Origin: Pseudogymnoascus verrucosus
Lineage: Eukaryota
Assembly (NCBI GenBank): GCA_001662655.1
Contig: KV460269.1
Strand: one strand, 5' to 3'
Length of the DNA: 64,000 bases
The notes under the pieces are model-generated. The model saw only the letters and a list, made by a program, of their open reading frames with translations, ran no database searches and had not been told where the DNA came from. How positions within the stretch are numbered: the stretch's first letter is position 1; the number at the start of each line of letters is the position of its first letter. Positions 36,083 through 49,100 of the stretch are shown here, in pieces. The position numbers and the translations under genes were made by a program.

Positions 36083-37606
36083 TCATTGCTTTGCGAAAAT
36101 ATTCCTGTTCAGACGTAACCGCGCCCAGAATATCAAGATTGAGCCAACCACAAGTGATATGCCAGTGAAAATCGACAACGAGAGATATCCGTACGAGCCG
36201 ACAAGCTTTCCGCTAATTGGAGTGCCAAAGAGAGACCTGTGGAGAACAAATTAGCAAAGAGCGATATTGAGAAGACAAAGCCAGATCCCTACGTCAGAGC
36301 GAGTGCTCCCATGAGGAAACCCATTGTGTCTGGCGCGTTGCTAAGATGCCCGCGCATGAAGCTTGTAATCTTAGGATTGCCTATCATTGCTCGGTTAGCA
36401 TAGGTCTAGATCTTGTAGTGAATACAAACCCCAGAGGTGAAGCCATAAACAAGACACCACACCACGAGTCCTGGAATGCTCGTCGCCGCGGTCCAGCATA
36501 ACGACGTTATCCCAGACGCCAGGCCTGCCAAAGCGCATAGGTTAAAATGACCATAGCGATCTGCGAGGAAACTAGGCAGGATTCTACCAAACAACGAGGA
36601 GCCATTGGTGACAGAGACAAGGTAGAAAGATATATCTATTGGGTAGCCGAGGCTACGTGCGTAAGTAGTAATGTAAAACATGGGGCTGTACATCCCCAAG
36701 ACTGATATGGCCAGACCGGCGCAGAGTATGATAAAAGTGGGGTCCTTGGCTATTGATAGATCTTGTTTTGGTCGTTTCTTTTCAATTTCCTGGACAATCG
36801 CTTGCTCGCTGTGATGTTTGATTTCCGGGGGGGGGGGGGGACAACAGTTACAATGGCTAGGATCAAGAGCGGGACCATAATAAATCCCACCGCCCGGATA
36901 GTCCAGCCAAAGCTAACGCCATGAGTGTTCAGTAACTTGTTCAGAACTATAGGCCAGATGACCCCTCCCAATGAAGAGCGGCCAATTATTACGCCCACAG
37001 TAAGTCCCTTGTTCTTGTCGAAGTAGCGTGAGACAGTGGCCATCGCCGGGCAATAGAGAAAGAACACCGAGATACCCAGAAGAAAGGGTTGGGCGAGGAA
37101 AATCTGATAGAATTCCGAGCAGAGGGAAGTCATGAAAATAGAAATTATAAAACAAATGCTACCTCCGATAAGGAGAAGCTGAGAAACATTAGAGCTTGCT
37201 ATCTTCTTCAGGGAGAGTTCACTTGCAGTAGGCCCAAATCTGTCGACAAGAACGCCAGCGATTGGAGCGCCGCCAAATATCACAAATGTAGAAAACGAAG
37301 CGATCTAGGATATGTCGAAGTTCCAGTGGTTACTGAGTTGGTGGGATCGGTACTACTGCTGAGACACTAAAGGCATTTACGAAGCCAATGCTACAAAAAA
37401 ACACCAAAAAAGATCCTGCCACTGCCAGCCATGCTCTGAATCTATTAGGCCGTTAACTTATTTACTAGTTTACGGAAGTGAATAACTCTGTTTTTTTACT
37501 GACGTGTGTTCGCTCCGTTCACCGGAGTTGAGTCGCTCGCCGTTAACGTCGAGATTTTGTTGGCCTTAGCGGAAGCCCGGGACGTACTTACTAGAGGAAT
37601 GCCCAT
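36083..37606 (-). pseudogene. MFS monocarboxylate (MCH/MCT-like) transporter pseudogene
   Basis: FRAWLAVAGSF..GFVNAF..DIS*IASF..VDRFGP..RYFDKNKGLTVG..SSLFGRILPSFLADRYG..SLFGTPISGKL..*. Several stops and frameshifts, including a 14-G run at 36827-36840. Confidence 0.8.
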
Positions 37607-38167
37607 ACTGTGTATATCATGTTCTCTCTCATAAATGATAGCAATTACAACGCATAGCGTCGCGATTTATACATGGACGGCATTGCTTTACAATTGGCCT
37701 GGGACCCACCTCGGACTATCCGCGGAGAGTCCGGACGGCTATGGGCGGCAGTTGCGCGGCTTAAGGGCACTCTGCATGTAATTAGTTCATTGACATCTCA
37801 ATGAGCCTGGTCTACTTACTCACTCCGATATACTGTGCAACCAGAGTACCCATTTTGTCCTTTTTGCAGGGTCGGGGGTTTGATGTTGGTGGCAGATTAC
37901 TGTATCGATATCTGAGGGAAGATCAGGGCTGACGCACGTGACCGTCACCACGAATTACTCCAAAGCACCCTTTGTGGCCCTTCTGCAACCAATGTAACTG
38001 TCTATCGGGTATGTGTATGATACCCATACTGGCTAAATACTGTCTGGCATTTTGCCCCAAGGTATCCTATTTGGGCTTGTTGATTTATGCCTTTATGTTT
38101 TCCTCGTGACTGATGAGTTCGTACTTACAGATGTGAGGCGGCCAACACCGCGACATTATAGACTCTG

Positions 38168-40496
38168 ATGGACCAACCAAAGTCTAATAGGCGAACCCGC
38201 TGTCCCCGGCAGGACCCTGTTTCATGTCAGTTCTGTCGGTCAAAGAAGCTCAAATGTGACCGGCGGCAACCTTGTTCCAACTGTTCCGCCCGTGGTGTTA
38301 CCTGCCAACTTGTGGCACGGCATACTCTCCAGGCACCTCGGGATGACAAGCAGCCTTCCCCATTCCCTGAAAATGTCGAAATTCTTGCACGCTTGAAAAC
38401 ATTGGAGGATAAAGTTTCGGCTATGGGCAATGCGCCTTTTCTGTCTACCCAGTCGCCTCAGCAGCTCTCTCCCTCCACGCCAATGTCGAAAACTTCTATT
38501 TCAACGCCGACAGCGAGAACCGTTGTTGATGAGGACTACAGAACAGCCTCTGAACTACTAGTCAATGTCGGTGCCTGTTATGACTCCAATGTAAGTTATA
38601 TATCAATACCTTATGTCTGTTTATTTTAGTACCTTTCTAATTCCGGTCACAAGATTTCCGACGATTCGCATGGGATATCACTGAAGGTGGAACCTGTAAA
38701 TCGGTGGGCCGCAGAGCCATATATTAGGCGTGCTGGAAATACAACGTCTTTGGGCACTATCTGGCTCCCAACCAAAGCTGAAGCTCTCAGTTTGCTCAAA
38801 TACTACATGGACAATATCCATTATCTCCACCCTGTCATAGATGCACTGGCCGTGCGGCGCATGGTGGAGACTGTATACACATATCCGAGAGGACGTGTTT
38901 ATAGAGAAGCTGCACATATTGCATTATTACTCAGCATATTTGCTAGTACAGGCTATCTCTGGAGCTCGCACGAAAATGACGAACTCGTCGTCTTTTCTAC
39001 CTCCAAAGTGGCCATCCTAGCGTCGTCGGCGTGGAGTGATGCCGCCCTTGATGTAGCGGATTACTCACGACGCACATCTTCGGGTTCGATTGAAAATATT
39101 CAGGCGACGATAATTATTGAATATCTCATATACAATAATAATGGATTTTCGGCAACTTGTCGTTTACTTCATAGCAACACAATATCGATGGCGAGAGATC
39201 TGTCATTGCACAGAATAGACATACCCCACAGAAGGAACAAGACAGACTCAGAGGCTGATATGGCTGAGGATGAGACAAAGAGGAGAATTTGGTGGTATGT
39301 TGCTTCGACGGACTGGTAAGTGCAACCAACACCTTACTCGTAATCCGGACAAATCTAATGAATAGCAAAGGCTATTGGCATTCTCTGGCGGTCCACAAGA
39401 GGGCACCTACTTAATACACCCAGCACATATGCATGTGAGATACCCACAGATTGTTAGTGGAGACCTCGTTGCCCAAAGTGATCAGTCCAATGGCTCAGAG
39501 TCGACTCCCACATCAATGTCTTATTTCCTCCAACGCATTCGTCTATCCGAGATATGTCGGACCATCGTGGATTCTATACCTCGATTTTTGGATGATATCG
39601 ACATGGTAGACTATGATAAAATAGTTGCCCTGGATGACCAATTCGAGGATCTCACTAAGAGCTTCCCGGTGTTCTTTCACCTCGACGAAGAGAGCAGGCT
39701 TATGAGCCGCGGGACTGATCATAGATTTCCTCATATAGCTACACAGCGCTATCTTATCCATCTCGGAGTTCTTAATAGACGTTGTAAGCTCCACCAACCC
39801 TATCTAATAAGGGGATTCGTTGAATCAAAATACGCCTATTCTAGAGACGTGTGCTTGCGCTCTGCACGCCAGGCGTTGGAGGTAAACCGTGTACTGGAAA
39901 AAACGAAATCCGACCTGGGTTGTGCCCCGGCGAGATTTGGGACAGTTATGCACCATGTATTCATGGCTACTGTTGTACTAGTTATGGATCTCTGTTTTAA
40001 CAAAATCGAGGGTCAAGAACAACAAAGACAGGCCGAAGTCATGCGCGCTTGCAGAATGCTGCAGGAAGCGAAACAAGACTCCGTACTGTCGAAGATGTTT
40101 CTCGATCCTCTCATGGATATCTTACAAAAACATAGGGCAATAGTACTCAGTGACCAGAAGTCATTGTCCTTTACGCCGTCAGGGGCAAGGAATTCTCATG
40201 CCTCACCGCATAAAACAAATCGCGGGTCTTCCAACACCATTCTCCAACGACCATTGCACTTCTCCACCATGACTGGTGCGAACCAATGCACTGATAACAC
40301 CAGTTCAATGGCGCCCGTTAACCGCTCTGGCCAACAATACGATATGACGCAGACATACGACCATACAGGAATTGATGAAATTATGCAAAATTATATCGAT
40401 ATTGGGCCGAACATGGATATACCCCGCTGGAACGAGTTATTTGCAGACCTCGATTCGCATCAGGCGATGGACGGAAATGATTATTTCTATGAGTAA
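38168..40496 (+). CDS. Zn(II)2Cys6 transcription factor with fungal-specific TF domain
   Basis: CQFCRSKKLKCDRRQPCSNCSARGVTC. Middle homology region MARDLSLHRID..ETKRRIWWYVASTDW. Introns ~38591-38652 and ~39316-39370. Confidence 0.93.
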
Positions 40497-41871
40497 TAAA
40501 TTCGTTTAAGAAACTTTGAAATTAGCTGCACTGCTTGGTAGAGGGAGTTCGCCAACTGCTCGTTTGGCCCCCTGAAAATTATTCGTCGATTATATGGCGT
40601 TGTCATCTTTTCAAAGGCTTATGGCGAACACCTCGTCACATGTGGAGCCTATCAATCAAATACCAATAGTCTGCAAGTACGTAGTTTTACCAACTAAAAC
40701 GATGGGGTGGACATGAAGAGTGAGGCAGATTTGCTGGGACTATTGCCGCCAAGGCTACACAAAAAATGATTCCCAATTCCAACCAACTTTGCGAAATACG
40801 ACGTGCTTTCAGAAGGCACGGGTGTAGACCCATAGATTGATTTCTTGGGATGGGGCCGGTGGATGCAGTGTCGAACGAAAAACCAACATGTGCAACTGAG
40901 GGTGCCTAAACCCGGACGATGATGCCGAAGTTATGGCAGTGGTTCGGAATCCCGACATGCACGATGCTAGCTGGTGTTGCAGCGCATGGTCGGCGCACGG
41001 GATAAACTTGCTGCAAAGTCAAATATCTGTCCGCTGTGGCGGCGAGCTATCCTTGGTCTTGCAGGTGGCTGGAGGGAGTGGGGAAATAGGGCGTGTCAGA
41101 TCGCGATTCAAACCCCCCGGCTTACTATCTTTCCTGTCATGTCACGAGGTTGAGAAGAGCCAAGCCGTTATTATTTTCTTAAGCAGATCACATTTTTCTT
41201 TAGACCTTTGAGGCACTCTTGTTGTGGACGGCTCCAATATGGTATATCACAACTTTTGTCTCTCAATCATGATGGACTCAAAAGGCTACAACTCTGCGCA
41301 GCACTTACGACGCTCGATCGATTTGTTGGTTACTTTGGAAGGACCAGTAGCTTGGTATTAGGCATCATTAATAGACTAGACATTGTACTCCAAAGTACTG
41401 CATACAAACTTCACCGTAGAAATACATGACTTTTCCATCTAACGTACCCCCCTTTCCAGCTGTCACTTCATCGTTGGGAATGGGATAGCATGTTTTTATT
41501 ATTTCCGTGGACCATTCCATTCAGTGCAGTTGTGTGGTACCAGGAATCCCACAGCCTGATGGCTGTCCAACGATGTTGTGATGAAAATGGCCGCTTGTGG
41601 GAGGAAGATAGGAGGCTAGTCGGCGCCACTCGCCGACAGGGCCTAGAGTATCCCCCCGGGGTCATGCGGTATGGCCGCGGAGTCAAGACGTGCGAGGAAT
41701 GGACGAATGAACAGTTGAAGGGTTCATATTAAGCATAATCTATGACAGGTCGTTGGCTAAGACGTAGCAAGGATTCGTCTGCCGTGATCTTCAGCTCCTC
41801 CCGCCCCAAAGCTCTGTAACCCGCATTCATCATGCGGTCAGACGGCTTCGGGGCGACACTCCTTCCGGGTT

Positions 41872-43040
41872 CTACCTCGGGAACATCTTCGCTGGGTCGA
41901 AGACATCCCTGAAAATCTCCATGTCTTCAAGATGTGTTGATGCCGCCTTCGCTTTCGTTTTCCCCTTTGAGCTACTTCCTGATGCCTTCGAGCTAGTCTT
42001 TGAGCTAGCGTCTTTCTTGGACGACTTGTCCGGACTTGGGTTTGGGTTGCTGCCATCCAGAGGATCGAAGGCAAAGACGACGTTGGAGAAGTGTCCGCGG
42101 AACTCCGCGTCGAAGTACAGGAGATCTCGCCACATCGTTGCTACTTCGCGCGTTGGGTTGCGAAAGACTGGTCCACACCCAAAGGCACCAAGTGCAAGGT
42201 CGGAATAGCCCCACCATACGGCCATGCGGAGAACTGTACGCATTTTCTCACGCATGAGCTCCTTTTCTTGCTCGAATGAGTACTTCAGCCCTGTCGGGTC
42301 GAGTTTCGGTCGACGCACTGGGGGTACAGAGATGACAGGCAGTGCTGGGAATTGTTAGTCTCGTGTCTTGAATGGTCTTACTGCTGCTATCACCCACTTT
42401 TGAATTTCTGCCATAGTTGATACCGGTCAGGACCAGATCGAAAAATTACTGATATGTTGTCAGCGCCGAAAACATAAGACTTCAACGACAAGGGCACAAA
42501 TTTCTTACCGACATAAGGAGAGTAGATGCCACCGGTTGTAGGGATGGGATAGTTCGCCGGACACAAATTGTCGTTTGGTGCGGGTCTCTTCAGGGTAGCC
42601 ACAAGGTTACTCCTCCTGCAGATACTCTCTTCCGGCGCCAGAACCCCTTTTCCGTGTTATTAGAAGTCTAAGGAGTGAGAATTGTTGACATACCTGCTTC
42701 CCAATCTCCTCCAGGCCTCTTGTCATTAGCCATATTGACAAGAGCTACCCCATCAGGCTTGTCAATAGTAATAGCTAGCTCGAGCGCCACATCAACCGGG
42801 TCGCCTTCTATCGCCGCTAAAGCACTATGAGTCTTTGTCGTAAAAATAGGGGTACTACAGCCACTTACTCATCCGGCAACGTGATGGCTGGCTTGGAGGG
42901 TCGCAGCGCATTCGAGTCGATTCAGGAACAAGATATGAGTGTGCCGGCCATTGCTCCGAAAGCTTCGACTCGATATATGGAATATAAGTCTTCTTAGCCT
43001 CTGCCGCAACGTCGGATGGTTTGACCCTTGCTGGAGGCAT
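41872..43040 (-). CDS. Microbial-type PARG catalytic domain protein (DUF2263/TIGR02452-like)
   Basis: Spliced: MPPARVKPSDVAAEAKK..GDPVDVAL..VNMANDKRPGGDWEAGVLAPEESICRRSNL..GGIYSPYV..LALGAFGCGPVFRNP..FSNVVFA. Four introns. Confidence 0.8.
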
Positions 43041-44501
43041 ATTGTCCACACTAAGATTCCGGTAGAAGGTTAACTATGCCGGAGAGGGGGTGGTTGTATG
43101 GGAATCTGTGAGGATTTTCCTGGCCAGAAGACGATTAAATTGTATCAGATCCGTGAATACGGTGGTTGGTCCGACCCATAAAATGAAATATGACAGAGTT
43201 GTGAAGAATATAACGTTTTTGCGGAGAGGGCAAGAGACACGAAAAATAAAACTCTTGTTATAAAGAGCGGAAATAATAAACATAATAACCATTTCCAACA
43301 GGAAATCTCATCTCTGCAGATCTTCCATAAGTCGCAAGGGCAGCTGGATCACGTCCCTAAGGTCGGATGACCTCCAATAAAAAAGAGACAGATCTAGAAA
43401 CTGCTTCCATGCCAGTATCCTGACCGAGGTCCCTGGCGCCTTGTAGGTTACATTATGGCCCCAACGCGCCAATACCCGTCCAGGCTGAGACCTAACGGCC
43501 ATGCAAACAACCGGTCATGCGAGATCGATCTGGTACCACTGAATCTGGTCCTACGGGACACAGGGTGAGATATTTGGCACGTCCGGATCTCAACGGGCAT
43601 CCTGCCTGTTTGCAATATTGGAAGTTCCTGTCGTGCACCGGAAATTGGGTGGGGGACGCAGCCGGAAAAAGTACAGATGCGCTGTGAAACATGAGGGAAG
43701 GGGAAATAAAGACTGAAACTATCTGATAGTGGCCGCCTATCATTATCCTGATTTGCGATTGCCGGCGGCAAGGTCCACTTCCTGAGTGACGAAGGAAAGG
43801 CGGTCAGAAATGACAAGGGAAGGGGTAATAAGAGATTCTGAATTCTGACAGGGAGAGGGATATATATTCCAAGGCGGACATATACTATTATGTGTGGGAC
43901 GACATGCGATAGGTCCAATTAAGCCACCAATGCGTTCCAGATCTGTCACTTCCCAAATCTGATTCTGATTCAGATCTCGATCTCCCCTAATTAACATGAC
44001 TCGGTTGCCGCTTGAGCCTTGCATGATGCAGCGGAGCCGCCCGCCGCCGGCTCGATACGCGAAAGTCTGTTTCGAGTATCCCAGACAGAGCCAGCCAGTA
44101 GAGAGTAGAGAACGGTAGCAAGGGGAGATATACCGGAGTGATAATATGGAATCAGGAATGCGTAAATATGCACAATTTTTTTGGGGGGTGGGTAGGACAA
44201 CATATTACAATCAGGGGAATCGAGGGTGACATGGATGGCGGCATTTGATATGAGACTGTTACGCGCAAAAACTTGACCTGTCGCTTAGCGCGAGGCTGTG
44301 ATCGCTTTTTGGCTGGACCCCAACCGCCATCCGCGTAACGCATATCCAAAGAAAAATTATTGTCGCAAAAAAGGGGTCGGAGCAGTGACTCCCAATCAGA
44401 CCTTTATTCAGCGCTTTTGTTTCTGCTGCTGCTGCTGCCGCGTACAGGTAACAGGAGCACAGCGCATCTGCCCTGTGACGTACCCAACTTGAACCCTCTG
44501 C

Positions 44502-46152
44502 ATGTCGTCCACCATCATGCCCGTGGCCCAAAGGGGGCTCCAACGGTGCCTGCGACTCGGCGCGCACGGCAGGGTACAGCAGCGATTCCACTCCTCGGCC
44601 CCCTCTCCCACCGCATCTCCGCTCTCAGTAGCCAAACTCCTCGCCACGCCGGCCGATGACGGCGAGAGACAGGTTTACGGCTTCGTTCGCTCGATACGGA
44701 AGCAGAAAACACGTGCCTTTGCCGCCATTGGGGATGGCTCCAGCCTCGAACCCCTTCAGGCGCTTTTGACGCCTGCGCAGGCCGAGAAGTCCGATTCCCA
44801 ATCTCCAATTACTCATTACGAAACTAATTACTCTATGTAGCCTCACTACCGGTGCCGCCGTACACCTCACCGGCCAGTGGACCGCCTCCCCCGCCAAAGC
44901 CACCCAGGCCAGCGAGCTACACGTGAACGCCGTTGACCTCATCGGCGCGTCAGATGCCACCGTACGCCCCTTTTTCCCCCTACCACGCAAGCAAAATGCT
45001 AACTCCTAATAGACTTACCCTCTGCAAAAGAAGTTTCAAACCGTAGAGTACCTACGCACCCTTCCGCACCTTCGCGCCCGCCTACCCTCCAACGCCCTCC
45101 TCCTCCGTCTCCGCTCCCATGCCATCGCGCACCTAACCACCTTCTTCGCCGCACGCGAGTTCACGCAGACGCACCCTCCCATTCTGACCTCGTCGGACTG
45201 TGAGGGCGCGGGTGAAGTATTCGGCATCAGCACCGCAGCAGAATCTCCCAGCGATGCTTATGACCCGGCAGCGAGCGGGGAGGCAGCAACCGCTCCTAGC
45301 AGTGCAGCGGTGCCGTTTTTCCGCACGCCAAAATACCTAACCGTCTCGTCGCAACTTCACCTCGAGGCACTCGCACAGGCGGTTGGAGGAGTATGGACGC
45401 TATCGCCTACATTCCGCGCGGAGCGTAGCGATACGGCGCGCCATTTGAGCGAGTTCTACATGCTTGAGGCGGAGGCGACGTTCGTGTCCTCGCTCGATGA
45501 GGTTATGGATCTCGCCGAGGACATGATACGCAGCGTGACGAAGGGGCTGAACGACAGCACTATCGGGGAGGAAGTGCTACGTGGACAGAGGCGCGAGGGC
45601 GAGGAAGGGATGGATCTAGAGGGGCGGTGGAAGGGGATTCTAGAGGGACCGTGGCCGCGGATCACGTATACGCAGGCCATTGATGCCCTAGTCGCGAGTG
45701 GCGAGACGTTTGAGCATGCTCCCGTCTGGGGCGCTGGTCTACAGGCAGAACATGAGCGCTTTTTGGCACGGGAAGTAGGAAAAGGGGGTCCTGTGTTCGT
45801 CACCAAGTATCCAGCTGAGATAAAGCCCTTCTACATGCTTCCTTCCTCTACCTCTGGAGTTCCAGAGGACAAGAAAACAGTCGACTGCTTCGATCTCCTC
45901 CTCCCCGACGTCTGCGAAGTAGCCGGCGGCTCGCTGCGCGAACACAGCCTCGAGCCTCTCCAGGCCGCGATGCGCAAGCACGGCGTGGCGGAGGAGGGGA
46001 TGGAGTGGTACACCGACCTTCGGCGGTGGGGCAGTGTACCACACGGCGGGTTTGGGGTCGGTTTCGATCGCCTGCTCGTGTATCTGGGGGGCGTGGGGAA
46101 TATTCGCGAGGTTGTTGCTTTTCCGCGGTGGGTGGGACGGTGTGAGTGTTAG
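44502..46152 (+). CDS. SLM5: Mitochondrial asparaginyl-tRNA synthetase
   Basis: Arg-rich presequence. OB fold GFVRSIRKQK..IGDGS. LTSSDCEGAGEVF, YLTVSSQLHLE, motif 2 FRAERSDTARHLSEFYMLEAE, motif 3 PHGGFGVGFDRLL. Two introns. Confidence 0.93.
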
Positions 46153-49100
46153 AGGATTAATAAGGGGAGGAGGGGGAGGTTTGGGTGGGAGGTGATGTCT
46201 ATACGAGCGGTGGAGGTTGGTCGCGAATCCCTCACCTCACCTCGTTCCTTCGACCATCGGCGCTGAAGGATTTCCGAACACCATTGCAACACCGGGTTTT
46301 CGATCCCTCGTCCGCGCCAATCATCTCCACTTCGCTCGGCGGCGAAGGATTGAGCTTGCAGCCCTACCAGACCGCTCATCTCTTCCTTCCTTCGTCGCTC
46401 GCTTCCTTTTCATTCATTCCTTCAGGGATCACGACAACGCACCGGCCTTACTCTATGTATAAATACACTCGACGCAGCGCATTGTCGAGCCTTATGCGGC
46501 TGCCTTCCCGGAAGGAGCGCAATAATGGCCTCATCTCATTCAACCCCTCGGCGTCTGCTCAATCTCCTCCGCGCGCACGCGATCCGTAACCATCATTCCG
46601 CTGATTATCCAGCGAGTGGTGGTTGCTTCGGTGCTTTAAGGGGGGGTGTACTTCGACTGGAAGTACTGTACAATACAACGTAACAAAACAATGTAAGCTT
46701 CAGTATTCAATAGAACCACAAACTGTAAAATAGCCAATGTAAAAATCAAATAAACTCCACCAACAAACCAACCAACCCATCCCAAAATACCAATACCAAC
46801 ACCAACACGCAACGCATCCTACTCTAATCTCCCCTCCGCAATCCCTACTCACACACTATCAAAAAAATCTAAACCCCCGTAAACCTGGAGCCTAATCCAG
46901 AAATACACCACCCCCCCCAGCTCTCGCACCTACACTCAATCACCAACACCACCCTTACCTACCCTGTTCCCACACCGCCAAGACCACGCGGCCCCCCCCC
47001 CACTCACACCCCAACCGCATCATCGTTATTCGGGAAACTCACGGAAGCGAGCTGTCAGCACAAAAAACGGTGCACCCATCTCCGAGCGAGCGTCTTACGT
47101 GCCTATGTGCGTCTTCGGCCACATTTCCCAATCCCAATACAACACCACCACCGCTTCCAGGCTAAGTAAGTAAGTAAGGTAAGTATAGTATCATAGGCGG
47201 AGGAGGAGGTCAGAGAGCTGGCCCCCGAGCGTGTGGTGGTGGCGCGGGAGATGCGCAGCGAGGGTTTAGATGGGTGGGGGGGTCCGTGAGTATCTTACAG
47301 ACAGCTGGTGAGACAAAGCCAGTAAAGTAAAGTAAGCTGTAATTGTAGGCTATTGAATGGGGTTGGACCTGGTGTGGTGTGGATAAGAGTGTGCCTATCG
47401 ACGGGTGGTGGATGGAGTTATCGAATGTGCTATACCAATATTGGGCTTGGCGGGCGTACATGCGGTACAGGATGGAATGGGAACGAGCGAGCGAGAGAGC
47501 GAGATGCGCGACTGACGAGAGAGCGAGAAGGAGGCGGGATGGGATGGATGGGATGGGATATGCCACCAAAGACGCCCTGTGCGCCTTACTTACCATACGC
47601 TTTTCTTCAGCTTCCTTCTCCCCTCCTCTCTACGCCTTCTGCACCGCTCAACGTCCAACGTGGCATGTCTACTACTGCCGTCTTTCCCATTCAATACAGC
47701 CTCGGCGTTCGCAGTCAGCCCAGCCCAGCCCGTCCCTCTTCCCAGCCTACATACATCTCCAGCCCGCCTCTATCTGTACCCCTCACTCACCTCCTATCCC
47801 ATCGCATCACCAGCACATCACGAAGAATTCCGCGATTCCACCCCTCGGTATCGCCATCCCGCCCATCTTCACCACCACCACTACCACCGCCACCACTACC
47901 ACCAGCCGGTTACCCCTCCCCCTCCCTCACCCTCCCTCGGTCACTCGGCCCTCCCCAATTCCGCGCTCGCGCGCCAAGCACATCACTACGTTATTTGGGG
48001 TCCTGGCGGCTGCACTGCGCGGCTGGACTTTCCCTGTGGGTTGCTCACCGGTTGGGGTCGCTGTTACATATATATACAATACGGACATGCGTAGTCGCGC
48101 AGGCATGGCATGGCATGGCATACAGTAGGTAGAAAAATAGATAGCCGGTCGGTCGCGGGGGATTTTCTCGGGAGGGAAAGAAATGCTGATTATCGTCCGC
48201 GCGATGCGCGCATTGGTTGCTGGGATTAAAGTATCTGCCTGGCTAGCTAGCTGTGTTGTCCCCGTATCGTATCATATCATACCAGGGATGTAGTTTGGTA
48301 TGGTATCAAGTAAGTATCCGGTATCTAGGAATCATGCTTGCCTCCTCGTCTAGTCCTATCCGCATGCGGGCATAGCAAGAGAGTGCGCGCAGGGCCCATC
48401 GCGTGCGACCAAGGGGGAGCTGTCAGATGGCCTCCCCTCGCTCCCTCGGTCTTCAGCGCTACTGCTGGGACGGCAATAAGCAGCGCTGTGTGTGTGTGCG
48501 CAGTGGCTGCGCGGGGTGCTGATTGGGCGCCACGGGATTTATGGTTAACGCGGTGTGCGCGTGGCCTTTTGGTGGGAGGGAGGGTATGGTTAGCTGTTGG
48601 CTAGGGGGGTCATACTTTTCGCATACTATACCATACCAAGCTATCGTTGGCGATAGTGTGACTGCTAGGGGGGGGGGGAGACGGATTTAGGGTGCTTGGG
48701 CGGCGGTGGTGGCCACGAGGAGTGTTTTACGATGGGTTTTAGGGTGCATGGCTGTGTTAGCGTGTTTAGACCGGAATGATGGTTGGAATGTTACGGGTTG
48801 AAGTATGTAGATAGATAGATAGGCTGGCTTGGTGGTAGGTGGTGGCGGTGGTATCGTGGCTTGGATGGATGGCGATGGACTGGGCTAGCCAGGTCGTTCG
48901 TGATGATGATGATGCCGTGGTTCCCGTCTGTGGCTTGGTTGGATCCGTTGGTCGGTCGGTCACTCCTTCCTGCCGCTTGGTCGCTCTTATCACACACACA
49001 CGGATTGCATTACATTACATTACCAACTGAAGGATGTACCAAGGGAAACGGAAGATACGGACATTACCAACGGACGGAGGAACCCATCCCATCCCATCTC

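Noticed and set aside
44502..46152. Asn-tRNA synthetase as dedicated supplier for the tRNA-dependent RCDPS
   Set aside because: It is 26 kb away, has a mitochondrial presequence and looks like the ordinary housekeeping orthologue.
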